Position numbers and translations under genes: made by a program. 64,000 nucleotides of DNA, from assembly GCA_044220955.1 (NCBI GenBank), contig JBGAQA010000030.1, forward strand, positions 1-64,000, in the 5' to 3' direction. The notes under the pieces were generated by a model, which searched no databases, was not told the DNA's origin, and saw only the letters and a list, made by a program, of their open reading frames with translations. The stretch comes from Sandaracinaceae bacterium (GTDB taxonomy: Bacteria; Myxococcota_A; Polyangia; Polyangiales; Sandaracinaceae). Numbering within the stretch: position 1 is the first letter of the stretch; each line of letters opens with the position of its first letter. This document shows positions 18,923 to 30,300 of the stretch, in pieces.

Positions 18923-21718
18923 TCAGTGGCGGGCACGGAAGAACGTCCGGGCGCTCTCGCGCTGGCCCTCGGCGCGCGCCGCGCAGAGCTCGATCTCCTC
19001 GACGGCGCTGTCGAGGTTGCGGGGTCCGCCGCTCGTCTCGGCCATGCGCGGCGCGAAGAAGGCGCGCACGGCCTCGGCCTGCTCGTGCGAGCAGAAGCCC
19101 GCCGTGACGAGCGGCAGGTAGCCCGCGTACTCGGGGCCCATGCGCTCGCGCAGGCGGTCGTAGCTCTGCTGGAGCCACGCCCAGGCCCCGTCGCGCCCCG
19201 CCGGGTCACCGAACTGGCCGGCGATGGGCCGGAACACCTCGTTGGTGCGCAGGTGCTCGTCGAGCGCGAGCGCGAGCGCGCGCGGGCGCAGGGCGTCGTC
19301 GTCCACGCTGGAGAGCGCGCGCAGGACGTTGCTGCGCACGACGGCGTCCTCGCTGGAGGCCAGGAACGTGGCGAGCGAGTCGAAGAACGCAGCGTCGCCC
19401 TCCTGCGCCGCCACCGTCAGGGCCATCTCGGCCAGGTCCGCGGGGACGGCGTCGGCGTGGATCGTCCCCCCCGCGACGTAGGCCCTGCCGCGGCGCGTCG
19501 CCTCCCGGCGCACCGTCGCGTCGCGGGCGTCGAGCGCGAGGAACGAGAGGATCGACGCGCGCAAGAGGCGCGTGTCGCCGTCCTCGGTCGCGTGGGCGCG
19601 CGGTGCCCAGCCGAGCGTGCGCAGCTGCGCGCGGTAGAGCGTGCTCGCATACGTGCCGAACGCGGCCTCGTCGGACGGCTCGAGCAGATAGTCGTGCGCG
19701 AACGCCAAGAGGCCCGTCGGGGCCGTCGCGACGAAGCGATTGGGCGACGACGCGAGAGGCGCGAGCGTCGCGATCGCCGACGCGAAGGGGATCCGGCCGG
19801 CCTGGAAGCCCGCGCCGACGGAGTCGGCGATGGTGACGCGATCGCGATCGGTCAGCAGCGCCGCGCCGCCGCGCGGCACCGGCGCGCTCATCGCCGTGGC
19901 GAGGTGCGCGAGCCACTCGTCGGGGAGCGTGAAGCGCGCGTACGACCCCCCGTCGGCGTTCGGGAGCACCCACGCCGGGCAGCCGCTCCCCTCGAGCGTG
20001 ATGCTCGGCGCCTCGGGCGTGACGAGGCCGCAGGTCGTGTGGGCCGTCGTCGTGGGATGCGCGCCCGCGCCCGTCACGCCGTAGCGCACGCAGAGCGGGA
20101 CCGGCCACGTGACGGCGCTCTCGGCGTGGGACCCGACGGGGAGGTACCTGCTCTGCGTGAAGCCGACCGTGGCCGGCGCTCCCTCGGTGCAGGTCACCGT
20201 CGTCGACAGGAGCGGGATGCCGGGCCGCAGCGTGAACGCGTCGAGCACCGGGCCCACGTCCTGCCCGCTCGCGGCCGAGAGCGCCGCGACGAGGTCCGCC
20301 GTGGTCGCGCTGCCGCGCGCGTGCGACGCGAGGTAGGCGTGGATGCCCTGCTGGAACGCCTCGGCGCCCAGCCAGTGCTGGATCGTCATGATGACGCTCG
20401 CGCCCTTGCTGTACGTGATCGAGTCGAACGCGTTCGAGATGTCGTGCCGCGACTCGATCGGCTGCCGGATCTGCCGGGCGCTCGCGAGCGAGTCGGCCTC
20501 GAAGCCCTCGATCTCGGTCGAGAGCTCGGTGAGCTCGGCGTGGAACTCCGGGAACACGCGCTGGACGATCACCGTCTCCATCCAGCTCGCGAACGCCTCG
20601 TTCAGCCAGAGGTCGTCCCACCACGCCATCGTGACGAGGTCGCCGAACCACTGGTGCGCGAGCTCGTGCGCCATCACGAAGCCGTACGCGCGCTGCTGCG
20701 CGACGGGCGGATCGGCGGAGAGCAGGAGCAGCGAGTCGCGGAACGTCACGAGGCCCGCGTTCTCCATGGCGCCGGCCGCGAAGTCGGGCACCGCCACGAT
20801 GTCGAGCTTGTCGAAGGGATACGCGATGCCGAACCACTCCTCGAGCGCCTGCACGATCGCCGGCGTGTGCTCCATGGCGAACGCCAGCTCCGGGCCGCGC
20901 CCGCGGGGCGCGAGGCCTCGCAGCGGGATCGGCGTGGTGCGGACGGACGAAGGAGGGATGGTCCCCTCGACGACGTCGAGCGGGCCGACGGCCCAGGCCA
21001 CGAGGTAGGTCGGCAGCGGCTCCGTCGTCGCGAAGCGCATGCTCTGCATGCCGCCGCTCGCCGTGCCCTCCTCGATCATGCGCGTGTTGGCGAACCCGCC
21101 GAGCTCCTCGGGGACGACGAGCGTCACGTCGTAGGGCGTCTTGAAGCGCGGCTCGTCGAAGCAGGGGAAGGCCTTGCGCGCGGCGATCGACTCGAACTGC
21201 GTGAAGGCGTAGTGGTCGGCCCCGACGTCGACGCGGTAGAGGCCCTCGAGCGTCTCGTCGAAGGGCGCCGAGTAGCGGATCCGGATGCGGACGTTCCCCG
21301 GCCCGAGCGGGCGCGCGAGCACGATGCGGGCGATGCCCTCGTCGTCGTCGACGCTGCGCCACTCGCCCGCGACGGGATCGTGGCCGGGCTCGTTCGCCAC
21401 GACCTCGGTCACGGTGAGGTGCTGCCCGTGGATCCAGATCCGCGACTGCCGCTGCTCGAGCCGTACGTCGATCTCGGCCACGCCCGTGAAGACGGTCTGC
21501 GCGGGGTCGATCGCGACGGTCAGCGCGTAGCGCGTCGGCGTGACGTCCGTCGGCAGGCGCAGCGGCGTCGGATCGGAGTCGCTGGTGGCGTCGCCGCCGC
21601 TCGTGGTCTCGGGCGGGGGAGGCGCCATCGTGTGCGGCGTATCGGCACTGCTTGCGCCGCCGCCGCAGCCGATCGCACCCGCCAGGACGAGAACCAGGAG
21701 ATCACGCGCCTTCGACAT
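18923..21718 (-). CDS. M1 family aminopeptidase lipoprotein (ERAP1-like C-terminus)
   Basis: ARKAFPCFDEP, GAMEN, HELAH...WLNEAFA and YSKG motifs. Confidence 0.95.
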   Translation of the reverse strand: MSKARDLLVLVLAGAIGCGGGASSADTPHTMAPPPPETTSGGDATSDSDPTPLRLPTDVTPTRYALTVAIDPAQTVFTGVAEIDVRLEQRQSRIWIHGQHLTVTEVVANEPGHDPVAGEWRSVDDDEGIARIVLARPLGPGNVRIRIRYSAPFDETLEGLYRVDVGADHYAFTQFESIAARKAFPCFDEPRFKTPYDVTLVVPEELGGFANTRMIEEGTASGGMQSMRFATTEPLPTYLVAWAVGPLDVVEGTIPPSSVRTTPIPLRGLAPRGRGPELAFAMEHTPAIVQALEEWFGIAYPFDKLDIVAVPDFAAGAMENAGLVTFRDSLLLLSADPPVAQQRAYGFVMAHELAHQWFGDLVTMAWWDDLWLNEAFASWMETVIVQRVFPEFHAELTELSTEIEGFEADSLASARQIRQPIESRHDISNAFDSITYSKGASVIMTIQHWLGAEAFQQGIHAYLASHARGSATTADLVAALSAASGQDVGPVLDAFTLRPGIPLLSTTVTCTEGAPATVGFTQSRYLPVGSHAESAVTWPVPLCVRYGVTGAGAHPTTTAHTTCGLVTPEAPSITLEGSGCPAWVLPNADGGSYARFTLPDEWLAHLATAMSAPVPRGGAALLTDRDRVTIADSVGAGFQAGRIPFASAIATLAPLASSPNRFVATAPTGLLAFAHDYLLEPSDEAAFGTYASTLYRAQLRTLGWAPRAHATEDGDTRLLRASILSFLALDARDATVRREATRRGRAYVAGGTIHADAVPADLAEMALTVAAQEGDAAFFDSLATFLASSEDAVVRSNVLRALSSVDDDALRPRALALALDEHLRTNEVFRPIAGQFGDPAGRDGAWAWLQQSYDRLRERMGPEYAGYLPLVTAGFCSHEQAEAVRAFFAPRMAETSGGPRNLDSAVEEIELCAARAEGQRESARTFFRARH

Positions 21719-21791
21719 AGGGCGCCGATCTAGCACCGGATCCCAGCGAGCGGCGAGCGGGAGGCGCGCCACCCGACTCGAGCAGCGCGGC

Positions 21792-23312
21792 TCAGCGCGA
21801 GAGCTGGATCGGCAGCGCCTCGATCAGCGGCGGATCGGACAGAGAGACGGTCACGGTGATCATCGCGGGCGCGTAGCCCGTCATCACCGCGGCGCCGCCG
21901 AGCCTGCCGCGCGGGACCTCGGCGAGCGTGTAGTAGCCGTCCGCGTCGGTCTGGGCGCTGGTGACGAGCTGGCTGTCGAGCTGCGCCTGCGTCATCCGCC
22001 CGACCGAGACGAGCGAGAGCATCGCGCCGAGATCCGCCCCGGGCCGCGCGACCATGACGGTCGCCGCGGAGACGGGGCTGCCCGTCGCGGCGTCGATCAC
22101 GCGGCCATGCACGGACACGGGCGGCGCGGCCACCGTGGGCGGCGGCGCCGCGCCGTACCCCGGCGGGTACGGGCCGCGACCGTAGCCTGGCGGGTACGGG
22201 TACGGCGGCGGCCGGCCTCCGTACGCGGGCGGGTAAGGCGTCGGAGGCGCCGTCGTCTGGTCGAAGCGCAGGTGGAAGTCCACCGGCGCCCCGTCGGCGG
22301 AGCGCTCCACCAGCACGGCGAGCGTCAAGGCCGTCGGGTCGTGTGGGTAGATCTGGATGGTCCCGCGTCCCTCGCGGCCGATGTCGCCGCTCGGGCCGAT
22401 GAGCCCGAGGGGAACCGCGGGGGTGACGGTGATGGTCGCGGGGCGATCCGCGGGCACGTGATAGTAGAAGACCTCGGGCGCATCGAGCCCGCCGCTGTCG
22501 CCGACCGCGCGGTCCGCGAGCTCGGCGCCCGACGTGAGCTCGCCGATCCCCGTGACCACGACGTCGTCGATCGGGCCCTGCTCGAGGGCCGTGCGCCACG
22601 CGTCCGGCATGCGCTCGACCGGGCGCGCGAGCTCGATCGGCTCGAGGGTCTCGCCGCTCGAGACGACCGCCGTCGGCACCGCGACGAGCCGCCCCTGGCG
22701 GTCGACGAGCATGCCGCCCGAGTTGCCCGGGTTGAACTCGGCGTCGGTGCGGATCCACGAGACGAGCGACGCGTCGCTCATCTGGAAGCCGGTCATGTGC
22801 CCGCCCGTGACGTTGATCGTGCGCACGCCGAGCGGGAAGCCGAACGCCCAGAGGCTCGCGCCGGGACGAAGCGCGTCGGTCGTCGCCAGCGGCACGGTCG
22901 GGAAGGTCGCGTCCGCCGGCAGCGGCGTGCCGTCGGCGTTCGCCGTGATGCGCACGAGCGCGAGGTCGAGCCGCACGTCACCGCGGACCACGCGCCCCAC
23001 GTAGCGAGGCGTCGCCGTGTCACGCGCGGAGCTGACCGTCGCGATCTGCACGTGCTCCGCGTCGTAGAACGTCCCCGGCCCGCCGTGCTCGCCGTGACGC
23101 ACGTGCCCGACCACGTGGAAGTTCGTGAGCACGTAGCCGTCGGCGTCGATGATGCTGCCCGAGCCGACCGAGGTGCCTCCGGCGGTCTCGACCTGGATGC
23201 GGACGGCGGCGCGCGTGCAGCGCTCGATCGCGCGATCGCTCATCTCCTGGGCCCGTGCCGGCGCACAGACCAGGAGCACGGCGGCGAGCGCGAGTCGCGG
23301 AGCGGACGTCAT
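21792..23312 (-). CDS. Secreted trypsin-like (S1C) serine protease with C-terminal carboxypeptidase-regulatory-like domain
   Basis: GSGSII, LTNFHV, DLAL and NPGNSGG triad motifs; C-terminal VHGRVIDAATGSPV...TDADGYYTL. Confidence 0.88.
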   Translation of the reverse strand: MTSAPRLALAAVLLVCAPARAQEMSDRAIERCTRAAVRIQVETAGGTSVGSGSIIDADGYVLTNFHVVGHVRHGEHGGPGTFYDAEHVQIATVSSARDTATPRYVGRVVRGDVRLDLALVRITANADGTPLPADATFPTVPLATTDALRPGASLWAFGFPLGVRTINVTGGHMTGFQMSDASLVSWIRTDAEFNPGNSGGMLVDRQGRLVAVPTAVVSSGETLEPIELARPVERMPDAWRTALEQGPIDDVVVTGIGELTSGAELADRAVGDSGGLDAPEVFYYHVPADRPATITVTPAVPLGLIGPSGDIGREGRGTIQIYPHDPTALTLAVLVERSADGAPVDFHLRFDQTTAPPTPYPPAYGGRPPPYPYPPGYGRGPYPPGYGAAPPPTVAAPPVSVHGRVIDAATGSPVSAATVMVARPGADLGAMLSLVSVGRMTQAQLDSQLVTSAQTDADGYYTLAEVPRGRLGGAAVMTGYAPAMITVTVSLSDPPLIEALPIQLSR

Positions 23313-23343
23313 GAGGGCAAGGGTACGCAGGGTAGACGGTTGT

Positions 23344-24318
23344 TCAACCCTGCCCCTTGGCAAGGATTCCACCGGATGCGGCCAGCGCAACCATGGCCAG
23401 CGCGGCGACGCCGATCTGCGAGACGCGCGCGAAGAGCGCGATCGACACGGCGCGCGCGGGATCGTCGCCGAGCGCGAGCGCGTCGGCGAAGACGCGGTAG
23501 GCGCCCTCGAGCACGCCGACCTGGTTGGGAACGACGTCGCCGAGCCCCGCGCCGACGAGGTGCACGCCGAGCGCGAGCAGCGTCGCGACGGCACCGGGGC
23601 GCAGACCGACCGCGACGAGGAGCCCGGCGTACATGCCGATCTGGACCACGCGCGCCAGGCACGTGAAGCCGATCGCACGCCCGATCTCCCCCGGGCTCGC
23701 GCGGAGCCCGTCGCCCATGCCGGCGAAGCGCGCGGCGAGCGCGGGCCAGCGCTTCTCGATCGCCGTCCCGAGCCGATCGTGGCGGACCAGGGCCCACGTC
23801 AGGGCCGCCAGGAGCAGCGTTCCGAGCCCGTTGACGCAGAGCAGGAGCGTCAGCGGGTGCCAGATCCCGAGCGCGCGCGCGCACGCGGAGAAGCAGAGCG
23901 CGGAGATGAAGCTGTTGCCGACGAACGCGGCGAGCTGGACGTTCGTGCCCGCGGCCGTCGCGCGGCCCGCACCCACGAAGGGCGCGAAGGCCGCCGCGCG
24001 CGCGACCTCGCCGCCCGCCCGTCCGAGCGGGACGAGCGAGGCGACGACGTAGACGAGCATCGTGGCGCGCGCGAAGACGCGGGCGGGGATGGACCGGCCC
24101 CCCGCGCCGAGCACGGCGCGATGCCCGAGCGCCTCGCAGACGAAGTAGCCCGCGTCGAACACCATCACGAAGGGCAGCGTCCACGCGCCGGCGCGCAGGG
24201 TCTCCCAGACCCGCCCGGGCCCGGTCTCGACGACGAGATACGCGACGCCGACGATGCCCAGGACGAGCAGGATCGCGCGCGCGATCCGCGCGCCCGCGCC
24301 GCTCCCGCCGGCGACCAC
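23344..24318 (-). CDS. Lysylphosphatidylglycerol-synthase TM (flippase-like) family protein
   Basis: PLGRAGGEVAR and VPNQVGVLEG motifs; multiple TM helices. Confidence 0.75.
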   Translation of the reverse strand: MVAGGSGAGARIARAILLVLGIVGVAYLVVETGPGRVWETLRAGAWTLPFVMVFDAGYFVCEALGHRAVLGAGGRSIPARVFARATMLVYVVASLVPLGRAGGEVARAAAFAPFVGAGRATAAGTNVQLAAFVGNSFISALCFSACARALGIWHPLTLLLCVNGLGTLLLAALTWALVRHDRLGTAIEKRWPALAARFAGMGDGLRASPGEIGRAIGFTCLARVVQIGMYAGLLVAVGLRPGAVATLLALGVHLVGAGLGDVVPNQVGVLEGAYRVFADALALGDDPARAVSIALFARVSQIGVAALAMVALAASGGILAKGQG

Positions 24319-24323
24319 CGGGA

Positions 24324-25421
24324 TCAGCTACCGGCGCGCGCGAGCTTGGGCGCCCGGAGCGGCACGACGCGGGGCCGCTCGGGCTTCCTGCGCACCCCGT
24401 CGACGGCCACCGGTGCCTCGGCGCTCTCGAGCGGCGACTCCGCGTGCTGCGCGTCCGCGTGAGCCTCGGCGCGCTGCGCCTCGATGCGCGCGATCGAGTG
24501 CCGACCCGTGATGGGCTCGCGCTCCCCCGCCGGCGCGAGGCCGCTCCAGTGGGAGGCCCCGGCGGGCGTGGCGCCGCGGCCCGAGAGCGCGAACGGGCTC
24601 TCGAGGTAGGCCTCGCGCTCGGACAAGGACTCGAGCTGCGCCCACATCGCGCGGTGCCGCGGGCGTGGATCCATGCGCTTGTAGCTCCAGCCCTCGAACT
24701 GCATCGCGCGCCGGAGGCCTTGCACGACGAGCTGCGGCGCGTGCTTCTGGGCGAGGTAGAGGAAGCCGCGCTGGGCCTCGAGGAGCAGCTCGGGGCTGCG
24801 GGAGGTCGAGCCGCCGCCGACGTGCACGACCTCCTCGGGCACGAGCTCGAGGTGATAGCCGGCGCGGAGGGCCCGCGCGCACCAGTCCCACTCCTCGTTG
24901 TAGAGGAAGAAGTTCTCGTCGAGCGCACCGATCGCGCGGAGCACGTCGCGACGAGTCATGAGGCAGGCGCCGGAGATCAGGGGCACGCGCGTGGGGCTCT
25001 TGATCGGCACCCAGTTCGGCCAGTAGAAGGCGCCGAAGGTGTGCTGCTTGCTGCCGTCCTCGTTGATGAGGACGGGGCCGACACCCGCCAGGAGCTTGTC
25101 GCTCGCCAGGCGCGCGATCATCGTCTCCAGCGCGCTGCGGCTGACGAAGAGATCGGAGTTGCACAGGAGCAGGAACTCGCCGCTCGCCGCCTCGAGGCCG
25201 CGGTTGGTCGCGTGCGCGAAGCCGTGGTTCTGCAGCTCCATCAGGACCACGCCGGGGAACTCGGATCGCACCATCTCCGGCGATCCGTCGTGCGACGCGC
25301 CGTCGACGACGATCACCTCGGCCTCGGGGGCCGCCACCGCGAGCGTCCGCAACGTCCGCCGAAGCAGCGCGCGGGCGTTGTACGAGGGGATCACGATGCT
25401 CAGACGGCGCATCTCGGTCAT
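24324..25421 (-). CDS. GT2 family glycosyltransferase
   Basis: SIVIPSYN, VIVVDGASHDGS, NHGFAHATNRG, NSD, SGACL and FFLYNEEWDW motifs. Confidence 0.9.
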   Translation of the reverse strand: MTEMRRLSIVIPSYNARALLRRTLRTLAVAAPEAEVIVVDGASHDGSPEMVRSEFPGVVLMELQNHGFAHATNRGLEAASGEFLLLCNSDLFVSRSALETMIARLASDKLLAGVGPVLINEDGSKQHTFGAFYWPNWVPIKSPTRVPLISGACLMTRRDVLRAIGALDENFFLYNEEWDWCARALRAGYHLELVPEEVVHVGGGSTSRSPELLLEAQRGFLYLAQKHAPQLVVQGLRRAMQFEGWSYKRMDPRPRHRAMWAQLESLSEREAYLESPFALSGRGATPAGASHWSGLAPAGEREPITGRHSIARIEAQRAEAHADAQHAESPLESAEAPVAVDGVRRKPERPRVVPLRAPKLARAGS

Positions 25422-25570
25422 TCGCTTGCCCTGGCCTCGAAGGAAGGTGCCGGAGTAGATCGCGGCGGGCCGAGCCATAGCACGACACCCGGAGACCGCC
25501 GCGTTTTCTTCTTGTCCGCGCAAGGAGCGTACACGTTGCGTGCCACTTCGACTCCTCCTTCTTTCGAGGC

Positions 25571-27241
25571 CTAGCGTGAAGGATCTTGCTCAGCGGGCAG
25601 CCCGGATGCGAAGCAGGTTACACGGTAGGTGGTGAAGCGCTCGAGCGGCTCCTCGCTCGGTCCATACGGCACGCCCTGCCAGACGGCGTAGTAGCCGGAG
25701 CGAGAGGTGATCGTGCGGAGGAACGTGGCCGGTCCGGCCGGGACGGTGCGCTCCTCGATCGCGGTCAGGCACGCCTGATCGCGGGCGTCGATCGGCTGGG
25801 CGTCGACCAGTCCGGGCCGGACCAGGAGGTCTCCGGGGGCCAGGACCGAGACGCCGGGATCGTAGGCGCGCAACCCGGAACGCTCCGCGTACCACTGCCA
25901 GCCCCAGTGGCCGACGAACCAGGTCTGGCCCGACGTGGCACTTCGTTCACGGTAGCGTGCCCCTGCTTCACGGTAGACGTCGGCCTGGGCGCGATCGGCC
26001 CCCGCCACCGCGAGGCCCAGGACCGTCGAGACGACACCGAGGACCCAGGCACGCCGCGGGGACACGTCCGCGCGCCGAAGGACCAGGAGCGTGAGAGAGG
26101 GCAGCACCACGAGGGCGTGCCGGACGGCCACGAAGGGAGACAGGACGATCACGAAGGCCGCACACAGCCCGGACGCGCTCGCGAGCAGCAACTCGGCGCG
26201 ATCTCCAGGGTCGACCGAGCGGCTCGCGCGCACGAGCACGACCACGCCGCCGAGGAAGAACCCGGTACGGAGCAGCGTGACCGCCCAGGGCTCGTCCCTC
26301 ATCTCGATCGGACCCACGGCCGCCACCAGCCGCGTCGCGGCGACGAGCAGGACGAACGCGGCGCCGAGCCGCGCCCACGCGCCGCGCGGCGTGGGGAGCG
26401 CGAAGGGCGCCAGGGCGATGGAGCCCAGCGTGAGGACGAAGATGGCGCCGCGCGCGAGCGTGACCCCGACGCGCCCGAGCAAGCCGAACTCGCCCACGCC
26501 GCCCGGATGGCGCTCGAGGACGTGGACACCGCCGTAGTCGGCGACGTTGAAGGCCGAGTAGGCGGCCAGGAGCGCGAGCGCGATCCCGAGCGGTGCGAGG
26601 CGGCGTGCGTCGCGCGCGCGCCACGCGTCCAGCACGAAGAGCGGGAGCAGCGAGAGAGCCGTGTACTTCACCAGACAGGCCAGACCCAGCGCGAAGCCGG
26701 CGAGCGCCAGCCGGCGCCCCCACCCCTCGGAGGTCACGAGCGCCCAGAGCGCGACGCAGACGAGCGACACGAGCGGCGCGTCGCACATGATGTTCTGCCC
26801 GGGGACGAAGCCCGGGCCGAGGAACACGAGAGCGGTCGCCAGCCTCGCCTTCGCCCGCGCGCTCGAGCTGGCGTCCGCGCCGAAGAGGTGCCGCGCGAGC
26901 GCGTGCAGCGCCGCGATGCCCGGCGCGACCGTGATCGCGAGCGCGAGCTGGGCGGCGACGAGCGACCCGCCCGAGACCGCGAGGGCGCCCGCGAGCCAGT
27001 AGTAGAAGAGGTGCGGCTGGTTGAGCGCGTGGATGGCCTCGGGGTGGGCGCCCCAGAACACCGTACCGCGCATGGGGTGCAGCGGATCGAGCAGGATGTG
27101 ACGCGCGATGGCGAGGTGCGCGGCGTCGTCGACGTGCGCGGCCTTGCCGAGGTTCGCGAGCGTCGCCAGGGCCCAGACCGCGGCCACGAACACCCCGTCC
27201 GCGCGGCGAAATGGACCGTTCGCCGGGACGATCGTCGACAT
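25571..27241 (-). CDS. GT-C fold (ArnT/PMT-like) membrane glycosyltransferase
   Basis: N-terminal HVDD acidic motif, NQPHLFYY, GLACLVKY, and many TM helices. Confidence 0.7.
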   Translation of the reverse strand: MSTIVPANGPFRRADGVFVAAVWALATLANLGKAAHVDDAAHLAIARHILLDPLHPMRGTVFWGAHPEAIHALNQPHLFYYWLAGALAVSGGSLVAAQLALAITVAPGIAALHALARHLFGADASSSARAKARLATALVFLGPGFVPGQNIMCDAPLVSLVCVALWALVTSEGWGRRLALAGFALGLACLVKYTALSLLPLFVLDAWRARDARRLAPLGIALALLAAYSAFNVADYGGVHVLERHPGGVGEFGLLGRVGVTLARGAIFVLTLGSIALAPFALPTPRGAWARLGAAFVLLVAATRLVAAVGPIEMRDEPWAVTLLRTGFFLGGVVVLVRASRSVDPGDRAELLLASASGLCAAFVIVLSPFVAVRHALVVLPSLTLLVLRRADVSPRRAWVLGVVSTVLGLAVAGADRAQADVYREAGARYRERSATSGQTWFVGHWGWQWYAERSGLRAYDPGVSVLAPGDLLVRPGLVDAQPIDARDQACLTAIEERTVPAGPATFLRTITSRSGYYAVWQGVPYGPSEEPLERFTTYRVTCFASGLPAEQDPSR

Positions 27242-27318
27242 CCGCGGGCGTTCTACTACACAGCGTCCGAATTGCCGCGAAGTTGACCCCTCGCCCTGCC
27301 TCGGAGACAGGTCGGGCC

Positions 27319-30300
27319 ATGTCCAGTGCCACCATGAGCGACGAGCTGAGCAACCCGATCGCAGGCCCCTCGAGCGAGCCTCCCCCCGCGCGCCGCGCGG
27401 CCGGCGGGGGCGGCGCGCGCCGCTGGGTCCTGTTCGGCATCAAGCTCTTCGTCAGCGTCGCGATCCTCGCGGGCATCGCTCGCTCCATCGCCAGCCAGCA
27501 AGGCCTCGCCAGCTTCGGCGACGCCATCCTTCACCTGGGCTGGGGCTGGGTGGCGGCCGCCCTGGGCGTGCACCTCGTGGGCGTCGCGCTCAACGTCGTG
27601 CGCTACCGCGAGGTGCTGCGCGGGCAGGGGATCCACGCGAGCTGGCGCTTCCTCGTCGGATCGTTCCTCGTCGGCCGCTTCTTCGGGGCGCTCTCGCCCG
27701 CCGGGTTCACCGGCCTGGCGGGGTGGCGCATCTACGAGGTCGGCACGCACTCGGGCAAGTTCGCGCGAGCGACGGCGGCGATCACCATCGACACCATCGT
27801 CGGCCAGCTCGGGTTCGGCGCGATGGTGATGATCGGCTCGCTCTTCGGCGCCCGGATCATCGGCGTGAACGGCGTGCTCCTCGTGAACGCGGCGTGCATC
27901 GCGATCATGGCGTCGGTCGTGCTCGTGCTCGCCCAGCCACGCCTCTTCGCGGTGATCGCGGCGCGCCTGCCGGCCAAGGTCCGCCTGCGAGGTCAGACGT
28001 TCGTCGACGCGCTCCAGGCGTACCGCGGTCAGACCTCGATCCTGCTCGTGACGCTCCTCTGCGCGGTCGGCGTCCACGCGGCGCACTTCTTCGTCTACGT
28101 CTGCACGGCGCAGGCGCTCGGCGCGAGCCAGATCGGCCCGGGCGAGGTGTTCTTCGGGAGCTCGCTGCAGATCCTCGCGACGATGGCGCCGGTCTCCATC
28201 AACGGCATCGGGCTGCGCGAGATGACGGCCGTGGCGCTCTACACCTCACCGGCCATCGGCGTGCCGATGGCGATCGCGGTGCTCATCCCGTCGATCGGCT
28301 TCGCGGTCGAGATGAGCGTGTCGATCCTCGGCGCGCCGATCTGGCTCGCGCGACGCAGCGGCTACGCACCCGGGATCGTCGTCGACGCGCCGGAGCGCGA
28401 GCAGCCGGCGATCGCGGCGATCCCCGTCGCGCCCGAGAGCGCTTGGCCGAACGTGCGGCGGGGCGCGGAGCTCGGGCTCGGGGCGGGGATGCTCGCGGGT
28501 CTCGTGATCGGCGTCGTCGAGGGCGCCGTCGTCGTCGCGGGCGCCGAGGGCCGCGCCGGCCCGTGGGTGATGGCGTACGGCGCGATCGCGTACGCGGCGT
28601 TCTGCGGGGTCGTGGCGGCGGGGATCGGCGCCACGCTCGCCTGGTCGGGCCGCAAGATGCGCCGCGAGGCCGCCCCGGAGGCCGACGCGTGGGCGCGCAC
28701 GAGCGCGGGGCTCGTGGCCGCCATCGGGTTCGGGCTCACCGTGTTCCGGGTCCGGCGTGACGTGTTCCACGAGGAGGCCGGCTGGCTCTCGCCGCGCATG
28801 CTCGCCTCCGAGCTGGGCTGCGCGCTCGCCTACGGCCTCGTCGCGCTCGCGCTCGCGGCCGTCCTGGTCCGGATCGCGCGGCGCGCGCGCTTCGTGCTCC
28901 GTCCGCTCGGGACGCCGGCCGTCGTGATCGCGGCGCTCGGTGTGCTCGTCCCGACGACGCTCGCCGTGGGCGAGCCGAGCACCAACGACCCGCGGGTCGT
29001 GCACGCGGCGGCGGCGCCGGAGGGCGCGGGCAACGTCATCGTCATCGTCGTGGACACGCTGCGCGCGGACCACCTGCCGAGCTACGGCTACGCGGCCGGC
29101 CGCACGCCGAACCTCGACGCGTTCGCGGCGGACTCGATCCGCTTCGAGCAGGCGTTCTCGAACGCGAGCTGGACCCGCCCCAGCTTCGCCTCGATCATGA
29201 CGGGGCGCTATCCGTCCTCGCACGCCGTGATGGCCAAGAGCGAGTCGCTCCCCGACGCCGTCACGACGATGGCCGAGGCCTTCGCCGCCGGCGGGTACGC
29301 CACGCACGGGATCGTCACGAACTACAACGTCGGCCCGTACTTCAACTTCCAGCAGGGCTTCGACGCCTACGAGTACCTCTCGCCCGACTTCGTGCTGGGC
29401 GCCGACGACACGGCCGCCAAGCTCCTGCTGGTGCAGTTCCTCCGCCAGCGCATCGAGACGGTGCGCGACGCGGCGCTCGGCGTCCAGCCCGGGACGGCCT
29501 ACCAGGACGCGTCCATCGTGAACGAGCACGTGCTCTCGTTCCTCGATCGGCGCCCGAACGACCGCCCGTGGATGCTCTTCGTGGGGTACATGGATCCGCA
29601 CGACCCCTACTTCCGCCATCCCTACGACGGGACGGCGTACGGGCGCGCCGCGCACCCGGCGCCCTCGCCCGACGAGACGGAGATGCTCACCGAGCTCTAC
29701 GACGGCGAGATCACGTTCTGGGACGAGCAATTCGGCGCGCTCGTGCAGGAGCTCCAGCGCCGCGGCATCTACGACGACGCCACGATCGTCGTCACGGCCG
29801 ATCACGGCGAAGAGCTCTGCGAGCACGGCGGCTTCTGGCACGGCACCACGCTCTACGACGAGCAGATCCACGTGCCGCTCTTCGTCCGGCTGCCTCGCGG
29901 ACGCCGCGCGGGCACGACGGTCCGTCACTGGGTGCAGAGCATCGACATCCTCCCGACCCTGCTGAGCGAGTCGCACGTCGCCGTGCCCGAGGGCGTGCAG
30001 GGCGGCAGCCTCTTCGAGGGGAGCGATCACCTCTTCGCCGAGGAGAGCCACGAGGGCAACGTGCTCGAGGCGGTGCGCGAGCGCCGCGGGACCGACGAGC
30101 TGAAGCTCATCACCGCGAACCCGGGCAACCCACGGCACCTCGCCGAGCACGAGCTCTACCGCGTCGATCTCGACGCCGCCGAGCAGCAGGATCTCGCGCC
30201 GACCGAGCCCGGCCTCGTCGAGTCCCTCGCGGCGGCGACGACCGCGGCCCACGTGCGAGCCTCCGAGGGAGCCGTCGAGGGCCAGCAAGTCGAGCTCGAC

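Noticed and set aside
17873..21733. Very long antisense ORFs (also 28246-33162, 35320-38457 and 54678-57386)
   Set aside because: Arg/Ala-rich shadows of motif-bearing genes on the opposite strand, as expected at this GC content.
25530..25545. Sigma-54-like site TGGCACGCAACGTGTA upstream of the GT2 gene (a similar site lies near 34337-34352)
   Set aside because: The -12 GC dinucleotide is missing; too weak to call.
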